This document shows positions 51,885 to 61,418 of a stretch of 64,000 bases of DNA, piece by piece (the first letter of the stretch is position 1; every line of letters begins with the position of its first letter). Both the position numbers and the translations under genes were made by a program. The DNA is taken from contig CAVXTM010000012.1 in NCBI GenBank assembly GCA_963764725.1, positions 288,001 to 352,000 of the forward strand, in the 5' to 3' direction. The notes under the pieces are model-generated. The model searched no databases. It worked only from the letters and a program-made list of their open reading frames with translations, and was not told the origin of the DNA. This DNA comes from an uncultured Gammaproteobacteria bacterium (GTDB lineage: Bacteria > Pseudomonadota > Gammaproteobacteria > JACCXJ01).

Positions 51885-52150
51885 GGAACTTCTGCAAAAG
51901 CGCCGCATACAGCCGAGGACGACGATGCGCACAGATGGCACTGGGCACGGGCTTCGAGAAATACAGCAAGGCCACGCGCCGGGAGAATTTTCTCACGGAG
52001 ATGGGCCACGTTGTGCCGTGGAAGGATCTGTGCGCGCTTATAGCCCAGTGTATGCGAAAGCCGGTGATGGGCGCCCGCCGAAGGAGCTGTAGATGATGCT
52101 ACGGGTGTACTTTCTGCAGCACTCGGACCCAGGGGTGGAGGAGCGACTGA
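51885..52150 (+). mobile_element. IS5-family left end and transposase 5' fragment
   Basis: TTAA then GGAACTTCTGCAAAAG; QMALGTGFEKYSKATRRENFLTEMGHVVPWKDLCALI; MLRVYFLQH. Confidence 0.85.
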
Positions 52151-52178
52151 AAGCGAAGTGGGCGGGGGGATTTGAGAT

Positions 52179-53423
52179 GTGGCACTCCTCACCTATCAAG
52201 AACTGCCTGCCCTTGGAGGCTGCTTGACCGTCGTTCCAAAAAAGCCGCACCCTTTGAATATCGTCTTTGGCAGCCACACGCCTATGGGTGATGTGTTTGT
52301 AGTCGGTTCTCATCATCTGGCCCATGAATTCACAAAGTATGGACATAGAGTGCTACATCTGAGCACACCCGTAACCATCGCGCACTTGCTCAGATGGGCC
52401 AACCCGCGAGTCCAGTTTCGATTTAGAAACTGGCTTGATAATGGATATGTCGTTAACAAAGATCTTATCGATTACGTGCCGCTAAGTTTGGTGCCCTGGC
52501 AAGTCGCTCGTCGCCTCGGGAAAATGCATCTTTTCCTAACTACGTTACCATCCATCAAGTATTGCCTAAGAAGATTTGGATTTTCCGAGGTAGATGTGCT
52601 CTTAATTGATTCGCCGAGCCTTGCAGGGCTTCAGAAGTATGTGAAAGCAAGGGTGATGGGGTATCGGGCTACAGACCTGTATAGCGAGCAAATTGGAGTT
52701 GATATCGACAACGTAGAACGAGAGCTTGCGCACCAGGCCGACTTTCTGATCGGAACCTCAGTGCCGGTAATGAATCATCTTAGTAGCCTCGCGCCGAGCA
52801 AGCCGCTATATCTACTTGAAAACGGGGTCGATTATGATTTTTTCTCAAAGCCGACGAATCCACCGCCGGAATACGAAAAGATCTCATCCCCTCGTTTGGT
52901 GTACGCTGGTGCCCTCGATGATCGATTCGGTTATGGCACTGTGACGACCCTCGCCGACACGCTGCCCCATGCAAACGTGGCCTTGATCGGTCCGTATCCA
53001 AAGGATGCAAATAGGCTATTGGGCGGAAGAAGCAACTTACATTTGCTTGGACCGAGGAGTTATGCGCGACTACCAGCCTATTTCCAACACTCCGATATCG
53101 GATTGTTACCGCTAAGCAATCACCCGGCAAACGATGGGCGCAGTCCTATGAAACTATTCGAATATGGTGCCAGTGGTTTGCCGGTTGTTGCCAGCTGCAC
53201 TATCGAACTCGCGCGGCGAAAGTTGGATTTCATCCGGCTCGCGAACAGTCCTCGAGAATTTGCCGAGCTAGTTGGCAGGCTGCTCGAAAATTCGGAGGAG
53301 CGATTTGAGATAAGCAGAATCGCGAAGACCGCTTCAGCTTCACATTCGTGGACACGGATAGCGGAGCGGCTCGTCCAAGATATTTGTATCAAGGCCTTGG
53401 ACGAACGAGAGGCTTGCGCCTAG
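52179..53423 (+). CDS. GT-B glycosyltransferase (GumK/TuaH-like)
   Basis: FVVGSHHLA, YRATDLY, LENGVDY, VYAGALDDRF, LLGPRSY, RSPMKLFEYGASGLPVV. Confidence 0.88.
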   Translation: MALLTYQELPALGGCLTVVPKKPHPLNIVFGSHTPMGDVFVVGSHHLAHEFTKYGHRVLHLSTPVTIAHLLRWANPRVQFRFRNWLDNGYVVNKDLIDYVPLSLVPWQVARRLGKMHLFLTTLPSIKYCLRRFGFSEVDVLLIDSPSLAGLQKYVKARVMGYRATDLYSEQIGVDIDNVERELAHQADFLIGTSVPVMNHLSSLAPSKPLYLLENGVDYDFFSKPTNPPPEYEKISSPRLVYAGALDDRFGYGTVTTLADTLPHANVALIGPYPKDANRLLGGRSNLHLLGPRSYARLPAYFQHSDIGLLPLSNHPANDGRSPMKLFEYGASGLPVVASCTIELARRKLDFIRLANSPREFAELVGRLLENSEERFEISRIAKTASASHSWTRIAERLVQDICIKALDEREACA

Positions 53424-53806
53424 GCAGTTTCATGCCTCTTGCTATCCCTTGCATAAGGCTGCTGCCGGACTACGCATGCACTTGGTCCGGAAGGAACTGC
53501 ACCCAGCAAACTTTGCAAGCGCAAAATATCGGGCTGAAATAGAGCGGTCAACCGCTCTTGGGCATCCATCTTAGGCCGCTCATGTTGGCGATAAGGCATG
53601 TATCGTCATGCTAAAATATCTTGCGAGGTTGGCGCCAGATTGAGCAAGCCGTGCCAACAGATAACGATAAATAGCTCATGGAAATTCCCGATTTTGTAGA
53701 CACTGCTATTCCTCAAGCGACTACCTTCTCATACTGGACGAGTGATAGGTACCCAAATGATGAGTGAACGCCGTCTCTCATTTATTCGAAACTTACTTTA
53801 GATCAC

Positions 53807-55042
53807 CTATGAGTATATCCGCACCTTTGGAATCGGTGTCACGAATGAGCACCGCCATTCGCACACGTGCGTCATTTGACTCATGATTTCATCACGGAGA
53901 TTCCACGCAAGTAGCAACAGATAATCGGGTTTGGTTTCATTGATCTTGTCGGGATGAAAGATCGGGATATGTGTCCCCGGTAAGTAACGTCCCTGCTTGT
54001 AGGGGCTTCTGTCCACTACATAATCGATAAAATCAGAACGGATGCCGCAGTAGTTCAAAAGTGTGTTACCCTTGGCTGGCGCGCTATAGGCCACGATCGA
54101 TTTACCGTCCTCTTTGGCATTGATCAAAAAGCGGAGCAGATCACGCTTGGTCGCCTTTACCTGCTCGGTAAATGCAAGATACGGATCGAGCGACGTGAGC
54201 CTAGCGTTGTCTTCGCGCTCTAATAAACTCGTGACTCTCGATCTTACGGGTTTAGATTCGTCTCCTGTGTGCCGTGCGTAAACCCTGAGCGAGCCACCAT
54301 GGGTGAGGAGATCCTCGACATCGAAGATCGTCAGGCCGTGGTGTACGAAGACTTTGTTTACCGTGATAAATGAGAAGTAGGAGAAGTGCTCGTGATAGAT
54401 GGTATCAAACTGTTGCTCTTCCATCAGACGCAACAAATGAGGGAACTCCATCGTGACTACGCCTTTGTGGCTAAGCAGGATCTTTAGTCCTTCCACAAAA
54501 TCGTTTAGAGCTGGAACATGCGCAAGGACGTTATTACCGATGATCAGATCGGCGCGCATCCCGTCTGCCACGAGTTCTTTAGCTGTCGCCGTACCGAAAA
54601 ATTTTACGAGTGTGGAGACCCCTTTCTCGACCGCGCGCGATGCTACATTGGCGGCGGGTTCTATGCCGAGCACCGGGATCCCGCTGGCGACAAAAAACTG
54701 AAGAAGATAACCGTCATTGCTTGCAATCTCGACCACCTGGCTGCGCCGATTCAAGCTCAGGCGTTCCACGATCATTTCAACGTAGTTCTTCGCATGCTGT
54801 ACCCAAGAATCGGAGAAAGACGAGAAATAGACATAGTCGCTGAAGATATGCTTCGGGGTCTCGAACTCCTCTAGCTGGACTAAGAAGCATTGCTCGCATA
54901 CAAAGGCGTGCAGAGGATAGAAGGGCTCCATCTGGTTGAGCCCATCAGGCTCGACATTTGAGTTTGCAAGAGGAGACATCCCTAGATCGGCAAAGCTGTG
55001 TTTCAAGCCGGCACCGCAAAAGCGACACTTCTTATGATTCAT
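53807..55042 (-). CDS. NDP-hexose C-methyltransferase (Zn-binding N-terminus, class I SAM)
   Basis: CRFC, DLGMSPLAN, CEQCFLVQL, EIASNDGYLL, NNVLAH, FDTIYHEH, THGGSLR, AKGNTLLNYCG, LLAWN. Confidence 0.92.
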   Translation of the reverse strand: MNHKKCRFCGAGLKHSFADLGMSPLANSNVEPDGLNQMEPFYPLHAFVCEQCFLVQLEEFETPKHIFSDYVYFSSFSDSWVQHAKNYVEMIVERLSLNRRSQVVEIASNDGYLLQFFVASGIPVLGIEPAANVASRAVEKGVSTLVKFFGTATAKELVADGMRADLIIGNNVLAHVPALNDFVEGLKILLSHKGVVTMEFPHLLRLMEEQQFDTIYHEHFSYFSFITVNKVFVHHGLTIFDVEDLLTHGGSLRVYARHTGDESKPVRSRVTSLLEREDNARLTSLDPYLAFTEQVKATKRDLLRFLINAKEDGKSIVAYSAPAKGNTLLNYCGIRSDFIDYVVDRSPYKQGRYLPGTHIPIFHPDKINETKPDYLLLLAWNLRDEIMSQMTHVCEWRCSFVTPIPKVRIYS

Positions 55043-55102
55043 AATCGTCTTGACACCATTTAACGATAACAATAATTATAGATTCTTCTCGATCACCGAC
55101 TG

Positions 55103-55228
55103 AGAGGTTGTGAATTAATCGCCGCCAGCAGCCCCGAGCGCCGGGAGCCGCGCAGCGAGCAGCGAGAGATATCAACTCGATAGGCGAGGAGCGAGCGAGC
55201 ACCCGAGGCGATCGGGATGCTCACAACC
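55103..55228 (+). mobile_element. Diverged MITE-like element (copy 3)
   Basis: Core AGCCGCGCAGCGAG...GATATCA...GATAGGCGAG...GCGAGCAC is shared with copies 1 and 2; different short inverted ends GGTTGTGA / TCACAACC. Confidence 0.65.
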
Positions 55229-55245
55229 GGCGATGCCATTTGCCT

Positions 55246-56019
55246 TCAACCCGCCGTTAAGCGAAGAGCTTCCTCGGCAATCGCAGTGCTGCACGCGCAC
55301 AGTATATCCATCTCGATGCAACGCCAGTCAATTCCGGCACCATTGAGGCGTTTTACAACACCGCCCGCCTCCTCGACGGCTAAAGCCCCAGCCGCAAAGT
55401 CCCAGATCCTACCCCCCTTGCAGTTTACGTATAGGCTTGTTCGACCCAATATTAACTCGGCAAAGCCGGCAGCACCGCAAGCCAAACATCTCGTGGTTAG
55501 CGTTTTGCTGGACAATGGATCGATGATCCGACGACGATGTTCGTCCGTCAGGCGCGGATTCAGTTCTGTACCGAGCACTATTTCATTAAAAGCGACTGAC
55601 GCGCTAAAGCGGACTGTCTCACCATTAACCCAGCAACCCTTGCTGCGTTCTGCTGCTATAAGTAGATTCCAGGCGGGTAGAAAGATTACACCATGGGTCG
55701 GATGACCTTCGATGCGCGCTAATAATACACCCCAATCCCTCATGCCTCTGGCGAAGGGGATTGTGCCATCTAGTTCATCAGCAACAATACATGCGGTATC
55801 GGGAATAATTGCGTTCGCTTGTTCTTCTAGAATCAAAGGGAGGTCTGGGAAGCAGTTTGCGAGTTCCGACTGCAGAAAGGCGTGAGATGCTAGATCCGCT
55901 CGTGTTAATAGATCTCCCGGACCTTTGAGGGTTTCATTGAGCCGCTGTCCCTGGAGTGCGGTTAGGAGGTTTCCAGCCTTTCTTGCGATAGAGCTGAGGC
56001 TTTCCAGGATTGTTGTCAT
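55246..56019 (-). CDS. Inositol monophosphatase/CysQ-superfamily phosphatase
   Basis: LLTRAD, ILEE, DELDGTIPF, IWDFAAG..VEEAGG. Confidence 0.88.
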   Translation of the reverse strand: MTTILESLSSIARKAGNLLTALQGQRLNETLKGPGDLLTRADLASHAFLQSELANCFPDLPLILEEQANAIIPDTACIVADELDGTIPFARGMRDWGVLLARIEGHPTHGVIFLPAWNLLIAAERSKGCWVNGETVRFSASVAFNEIVLGTELNPRLTDEHRRRIIDPLSSKTLTTRCLACGAAGFAELILGRTSLYVNCKGGRIWDFAAGALAVEEAGGVVKRLNGAGIDWRCIEMDILCACSTAIAEEALRLTAG

Positions 56020-56136
56020 CGACAAGAGGCCTGAGATGAATCCGCAGGCGCGACAGGCGCCTCAAGGCCTGGAACGGGATAGCAAACGTCCGTGGCGGAC
56101 ACGACGGTAATTGCTTGAACAGGCAATACCGGCTTT

Positions 56137-56682
56137 TTAAAAGTACCGTTCGGTAACTTCGATTACATCCCCCGGCAACACCGGCGTATCTTGATCCGCC
56201 GATTGTTTGGTTTTTCCTTTATCCGTGGTTCGAGTAATATAGACTTCATCGGTATCCGCACGGTAGGTAAAACCGCCGGCCAAAGCGACTGCGGTCACGA
56301 CCGTCATATCATTCACATAAGGATAGCTACCGGGCTTTGCTACCTCTCCAAGAATGAAGAACGGGCGGTTATCAATGACCTCAACGCTAACACGTGGATT
56401 TTTAATGTAATCTGGCGATAGCTTGGCCACAATGGACCGCTCCAGCTCTTGTACCGTGAGACCACTCGCCTTAACGGACTGGATAAGCGGCAATGCTAGG
56501 TTTCCTGTGCTGTCTATATTCGATTCTCCCGAAAGGTTCTCATGTCCAAACACGGTCACCTTTACTTTGTCACCCGTCCCTAAACGGTAACCCTTTTGGT
56601 CACCTTGGGCGCTTGCAACAGCGACTGACAAGACCAAGACCATTATTAACGTGATAAACCGAAAGAATTGATGACTAACCAT
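56137..56682 (-). CDS. Polysaccharide export protein (short Wza/OPX: Poly_export + SLBB)
   Basis: YRLGTGDKVKVTVFG, G.LALPLI, NPRVSVEV, RPFFILGEVAKPGSYPY, ALAGGFT, PGDVIEV.ERYF. Confidence 0.93.
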   Translation of the reverse strand: MVSHQFFRFITLIMVLVLSVAVASAQGDQKGYRLGTGDKVKVTVFGHENLSGESNIDSTGNLALPLIQSVKASGLTVQELERSIVAKLSPDYIKNPRVSVEVIDNRPFFILGEVAKPGSYPYVNDMTVVTAVALAGGFTYRADTDEVYITRTTDKGKTKQSADQDTPVLPGDVIEVTERYF

Positions 56683-56783
56683 GGATGCAGCCTCTTGTTC
56701 CGAACAACGTTCGTCATTATTTAATAGCTAATCGAGATAATGTCAAACGTTGTTTTGGGGCATGAATATGACGCTACATCCGC

Positions 56784-56798
56784 GCTTGCTAAGTGCCA
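56784..56798 (-). promoter_or_regulatory. Possible sigma54 promoter upstream of the export gene
   Basis: TGGCACTTAGCAAGC (GG-N10-GC) ~100 nt upstream of the ATG. Confidence 0.4.
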
Positions 56799-57209
56799 GC
56801 ACGATCAACCGATGGTTGTCGTGCAGCCCGCCGCAAAGTCGCCTTCAGAGTCTAATAGGGTGCGCGAGCTCGCCGCTCGTGGCACAACGTTGCGGCCTGG
56901 TTCCTCAAAGCTATCCTGGAATTGAAAATATAGGAATTCACTGACGTTTCACATTTGGCTTATTGATCGGCCGGTAGGTTCAAAGATCTTCAAGCCGCCC
57001 GCCCAGAAAATGGCTAGAAAGACGATGACCCAGGGTACGAGAGCGGCATTATAAACGCGCGCTTTATCATAAACGGGAACGTTCGTGAAGCGTGGGAACC
57101 GGTCTATGCTTCCGCTCGCAAGCGCCTCCTCGAACGATGTCCTAACCGAGCTTGCCTAGCAAGCTGATGTTGTTACTGTCCCAATCCGCGACACTAAGGT
57201 GCATGAAGC

Positions 57210-58469
57210 CTAAAGTTTTAGGTTAAATGTTAGCGTCGCCGTATTCTGCGAGTAGGGATTACCGTCAGGAGAGTCAGAGCTCCGATCCGTATAGCCATAA
57301 CCGATGGATATGTCAAGGTAACGATTCATCAAGTACTTAGCCCCTACGGTGGCCCGCAGAACGTCGTCGGTACGAGGAACACCGACGAAATCGTCTTGAA
57401 TACCGAAAAGGCTCGCTTGCAGCAGCAGATTTCTAAGGAGTTCGTGGTCTACGATAGCGCCATAGCGGGTGCGAAAGTATCCCGATGCCGGTATGTTGTC
57501 CTCATCTGTAAGGAAGGTCGTCTCTTCAATCGTACGTTCCACTTTGCCTGTAATCGTCGTCAGAGTGGTGACATTCCAGTAGATGGATGCGCCTCCTTGG
57601 GGGCCCTCGATCGTGGGTAAGGTTGGGTCATCGTAGAATTGCGAACGATAACCAACATAGAGGTCTCCGGTAGTCACCCCGGTAAGCGTAAGGTCCATGC
57701 CTACGACGACTTCGTAGCCGTCTGAACTCCGTAGAGTGCCGTCCTGTTGACGCTCGTCGTATGAGCGGTTGATATAGCTACCCAGCAGAAAGGCGGCGTA
57801 CCCCGGGGTGAGCTCATAGGCGGCGCGGAGCGTCCCGATGGCGTCAGTGCGGTCACGCGTTGATTGAATGATCGTTGACCCGTCATCAGCGGTGATATTG
57901 TCATAGTCGTACCGGGCTCCGGTACCTTCGAGCGTGACGGACAGGCGATTGAAGACGTGGTTATAGCCGCCGGTTACCGTAGAGACGTCATAGAAGCCCT
58001 GATTTCTCCCCTTTGGATCGTCCGGATCCCCACGCTCTTGATGAAGATGGGAATATAGAGCGTTTACAAACAGCGATTGGTTGCGGGTAATGTCTAGGCG
58101 TCCGTCCGTTCCAAAAGCATAATCTTCAAAGTCCTCATCTCCGTTGTCGATATATCTGCCGATATTCGCATCCGCTCTAAAATTTAAAGCGTGATTGTTC
58201 CAGTCCGATTTCACCTTAACACCCGGCGTGATAAAGGTAATAAAAGCGTCTACTTCCCCCGTGTCTTCCGCGAAGATATTGTCGTTGTACTGCTCGCTAA
58301 GGGCAAGTGATGGATAAATCAGGAATCCGGCTGCTCGAATACCGAGTGGATCCAGCTCTGGCCGCTGACGCGACGTGACTGTCTCGCCGTAGCGTAACTG
58401 CTGTGCTTGTGCGGCTGGCATTAGCAGCAACATTAGCCAACAAGACGCAACGCGTGTACTAATTTTCAT
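57210..58469 (-). CDS. Outer-membrane beta-barrel protein, exopolysaccharide-associated type
   Basis: Signal peptide, RPELDPLGIR..F.IYP, YNDNIFA, alternating beta-strands, DHELLRNL, C-terminal TATLTFNLKL. Confidence 0.85.
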   Translation of the reverse strand: MKISTRVASCWLMLLLMPAAQAQQLRYGETVTSRQRPELDPLGIRAAGFLIYPSLALSEQYNDNIFAEDTGEVDAFITFITPGVKVKSDWNNHALNFRADANIGRYIDNGDEDFEDYAFGTDGRLDITRNQSLFVNALYSHLHQERGDPDDPKGRNQGFYDVSTVTGGYNHVFNRLSVTLEGTGARYDYDNITADDGSTIIQSTRDRTDAIGTLRAAYELTPGYAAFLLGSYINRSYDERQQDGTLRSSDGYEVVVGMDLTLTGVTTGDLYVGYRSQFYDDPTLPTIEGPQGGASIYWNVTTLTTITGKVERTIEETTFLTDEDNIPASGYFRTRYGAIVDHELLRNLLLQASLFGIQDDFVGVPRTDDVLRATVGAKYLMNRYLDISIGYGYTDRSSDSPDGNPYSQNTATLTFNLKL

Positions 58470-59206
58470 TAGAGACCCCTATTCTTAGACCGTAGATGGA
58501 CACAACTTTGTGCAAATCGGAGTATGCCCATTGTCCGTCTTGTTGAGAAATGCGCCTTTGGTCTGCCACCATTATCATTTACCCAGAAAGAAAGTCGACC
58601 ACCGCGAATAGATCGGCGTTGGGGAACATCTTCAATAGCTGTTCCAACACCCGCTCGGAACCAGAATAATCAACCAACCATTCATGAACAACCGCAACTT
58701 TCAGCATAAGAATGAGGATAAAGGGTATAAGATAAGGATACAAAATTCAAGGCATTGTCCTGACTCCAGGCAGAGTGATCGTGCATCCGTCCACGATGAA
58801 CCACGCGGCTTTAGCGCTCTGCCGGTCAGTTACCACCTGAGGGTTCCTCAGCGCCAAGGACGTTTTGCTATGAAACGAGATGCGAGTGCGCCGATACTCA
58901 CCACTGTGCCACGTCCGTGGAAGGCGCTGATACTCACGGGCGACGAAAACCTGCATTAGCGTAGCGGCGATGGCACGACGACTCTTGATCCCCTGAAACA
59001 GACTTTTTCTACCCAGAGCCAGGAGCGCGACATCGAGTACCTCGCCTACCAGACTCGTTTTAATGAGGAAAAGGGCCCCAGTATATGACAGCACTCCCTT
59101 ATGACTCAGTGCGGCCAGCATCGGGGGAGTGGCGGCGGCTATACCGTGTGTCGATGCCACTTGCTTCAATCTGCTTACGAATGGGAACATGAGGTGACTA
59201 CGCTAG

Positions 59207-59221
59207 GCAGGAGTTGTGCCA
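59207..59221 (-). promoter_or_regulatory. Putative sigma54 promoter
   Basis: TGGCACAACTCCTGC, close to TGGCAC-N5-TTGC. Confidence 0.55.
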
Positions 59222-59287
59222 CGAAATCCATTGCCCGCAAACACAGTGTCTGTAACGGAGCAAAACGAACATCGAAGATCAGCCCGG

Positions 59288-60619
59288 CTACAACCGCGGA
59301 CGCTCCTCGAGCAGCTCGTGAGACAGTAGGGCGTCGGCTGTCTCCTTGAGCACTTGGAGCGCAATGCCGGATCGCTCTGCAATGTCCAGGAGCGAGTGCT
59401 GGCCGTCAGACAGGTTCAAAATCCAGAGGAACGCCATTTGCTTGGTCCCGGCGTCTTTATGTCCCCCGATCGCCTTGTACAAACCCCTCTTGCCGAGTTG
59501 GGGCTCGCATTTTGGGTTCCGGTTCACATAGGTCTTGTTGTGCTCCAGGGCTTCGAAGACCGATAGGCAGGTGGCGTAGGACTGAGCCAAGTACTGCGGC
59601 CGGACGAAGTCCAGATTATCCGCGGAGGTGTGATACTCCGGAAACTGTCCGTGCTGCGAACGCATTAAGCAACCGACGGCGAGGTTGAACCCCGGAGAAC
59701 AAAACTGACGTTCATCATAGCCATAGGGATAGAAATCGATCACCTGGTGAGTTTGGCCGGAATTTTTCAGGATATGGGCCACCGTCCGGTCGATCTCGGC
59801 ATCCCCGCGCCGGGTTTTCTTGTACGTGAATCCGCCTTCGTCGCCGACGCAGGTGAGCACCAAGCCATGTTTGACCCTGGGCACTCGATGTTCGTTTCTG
59901 GCGAGCCAGGTGATCGAGCCGATGGTGCCGGGAATAAATAGAAACCGGTACGAGTACCAGTGAGGCGCCCGGCTCATCGCGCGCGCGAGATGGATCGCAA
60001 CGGCTATCCCCGAGAGGTTATCGTTGCAGAGCGAGGGGTGGCAGGTATGACAGGATATGAGTATCTCATCAGTACTCTCTCCAGGTAGATAACACTCGCC
60101 ATAGCTTAGAGACCCCTCCGCGAGCGTGGCATCGATACAGATCTCGTACTCATCGTCCAGCATCTGCGCGAGTTGATTGTGTGTCAGACAAAAGCCCCAG
60201 GTGTCGTTGTAGTAGGAGGTTCTATACGGGATCCAATCCGGCCGATCCGGCAGCGTAAAGAGGTGCGGCTTTAGCTCATCCAAGCGGAGCCGCCCTTTCA
60301 CCGGCATGCTGTAGCCGACCACGTGGAGATTACACCGACCGAAATCGACGATGCGCCGGCCTCGTGAGTCTTTAATATAGGCGTCTCGGATGTTCCACTC
60401 CCGAGGCACCGTCCAGTCGAAGACAACCGTTCCCGTGGGAACCTCATGGACGTCCAGAGGAATCGTCCGCTTGATGATGCCGAGCGTCTCGCGGACGCCA
60501 TCGCCCGTGATGCTCCGGCAGATCGGATATAACTCGGACACCAGCCGGTGCATCTCCTGGCCGAGCGTCTCTGGCGCCTCGGTGGGGCTCTGGTGGAGCG
60601 GCATCTCCTTCTCTTTCAT
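59288..60619 (-). CDS. DUF4910/DUF2172 M28-like aminopeptidase-fold protein with C-terminal winged helix
   Basis: LYPICRSITGDGVRETL, FDWTVPREW, IPYRTSYY, CHPSLCNDNLSG, YDERQFCSPG, EYHTSAD, CEPQLGKRGLY, SLLDIAE. Confidence 0.9.
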   Translation of the reverse strand: MKEKEMPLHQSPTEAPETLGQEMHRLVSELYPICRSITGDGVRETLGIIKRTIPLDVHEVPTGTVVFDWTVPREWNIRDAYIKDSRGRRIVDFGRCNLHVVGYSMPVKGRLRLDELKPHLFTLPDRPDWIPYRTSYYNDTWGFCLTHNQLAQMLDDEYEICIDATLAEGSLSYGECYLPGESTDEILISCHTCHPSLCNDNLSGIAVAIHLARAMSRAPHWYSYRFLFIPGTIGSITWLARNEHRVPRVKHGLVLTCVGDEGGFTYKKTRRGDAEIDRTVAHILKNSGQTHQVIDFYPYGYDERQFCSPGFNLAVGCLMRSQHGQFPEYHTSADNLDFVRPQYLAQSYATCLSVFEALEHNKTYVNRNPKCEPQLGKRGLYKAIGGHKDAGTKQMAFLWILNLSDGQHSLLDIAERSGIALQVLKETADALLSHELLEERPRL

Positions 60620-60731
60620 GCTTGCGGCAACGGTGGAAACTCGCGCTGCGGATGCAAGGGCTTCTGGTATCGTTCCGGTGTGGCGTGAGCGGCAGTCGCT
60701 CGAGCACAACCGGCATCATATAGGCCGACAG

Positions 60732-61418
60732 CTACGACCAGTCGAAGCATCGCAATCGCCAATCGCTGCCTTCGACGGCTAGCGCCCCGGCGTAGCCTTC
60801 GTCGAGATGCAAGCTGCATAAGGTCCAACGCGCGGCCTCGCGCTCGTCGTCGTGGACGCGCAGCGACACGCGCGACTCGTTCGGTGCGAGCGAAACGGTG
60901 AAGCAATCGAGCGGGGCGAACAATCCGGTCCCGGTTGCCTTGATATAGGATTCCTTGCGCGTCCAGCCCGCAAAGAATGCCGCGCGCTGTTGTTCCCGAG
61001 GCAGAGCACGGAGTTCGGCGATTTCGGCGGCAGAAAAGAAACGCTCGGCGATTTCCGGACCTATTGATGCTTTGATGAATTCGACATCGATGCCGAGCTC
61101 GCGTTTTTTGGTCACGGCAAGCAAGACGAGATCATGGGAGTGCGAAAGGTTGAAGCGGAGATCACAGCCTGTGGAAAGCACGGGTTTGCCGCGCACGCCA
61201 TAATCGAAGCGGAGATCGGCGGGCGACGTGTCGAGGTAGCGTGCGAGCACTGTTCGCAGCCAGCCGCGAGCCGCGATGAAATGCCTGCTGTCTTTCTCGA
61301 AATGAAAACGCGCCGCGCGGTCCAATTCATCGGGCGAGAGCTGGGCTTGCAGAGCGGGCAAAGCGGGAAGCGACGCGCGCCAGAGGTCGACTCGATCCGC
61401 CGCAATGCGAAGCCTCAC
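60732..61418 (-). CDS. Sfp-type 4'-phosphopantetheinyl transferase
   Basis: RGKP, FNLSHS, LGIDVE, WTRKESYIKATG; its start overlaps the TE stop (GTGA). Confidence 0.95.
   Translation of the reverse strand: MRLRIAADRVDLWRASLPALPALQAQLSPDELDRAARFHFEKDSRHFIAARGWLRTVLARYLDTSPADLRFDYGVRGKPVLSTGCDLRFNLSHSHDLVLLAVTKKRELGIDVEFIKASIGPEIAERFFSAAEIAELRALPREQQRAAFFAGWTRKESYIKATGTGLFAPLDCFTVSLAPNESRVSLRVHDDEREAARWTLCSLHLDEGYAGALAVEGSDWRLRCFDWS

Noticed and set aside
58747-59190. 147-aa minus-strand ORF upstream of the beta-barrel gene
   Set aside because: No motif, no clear RBS and atypical composition; treated as probably non-coding.
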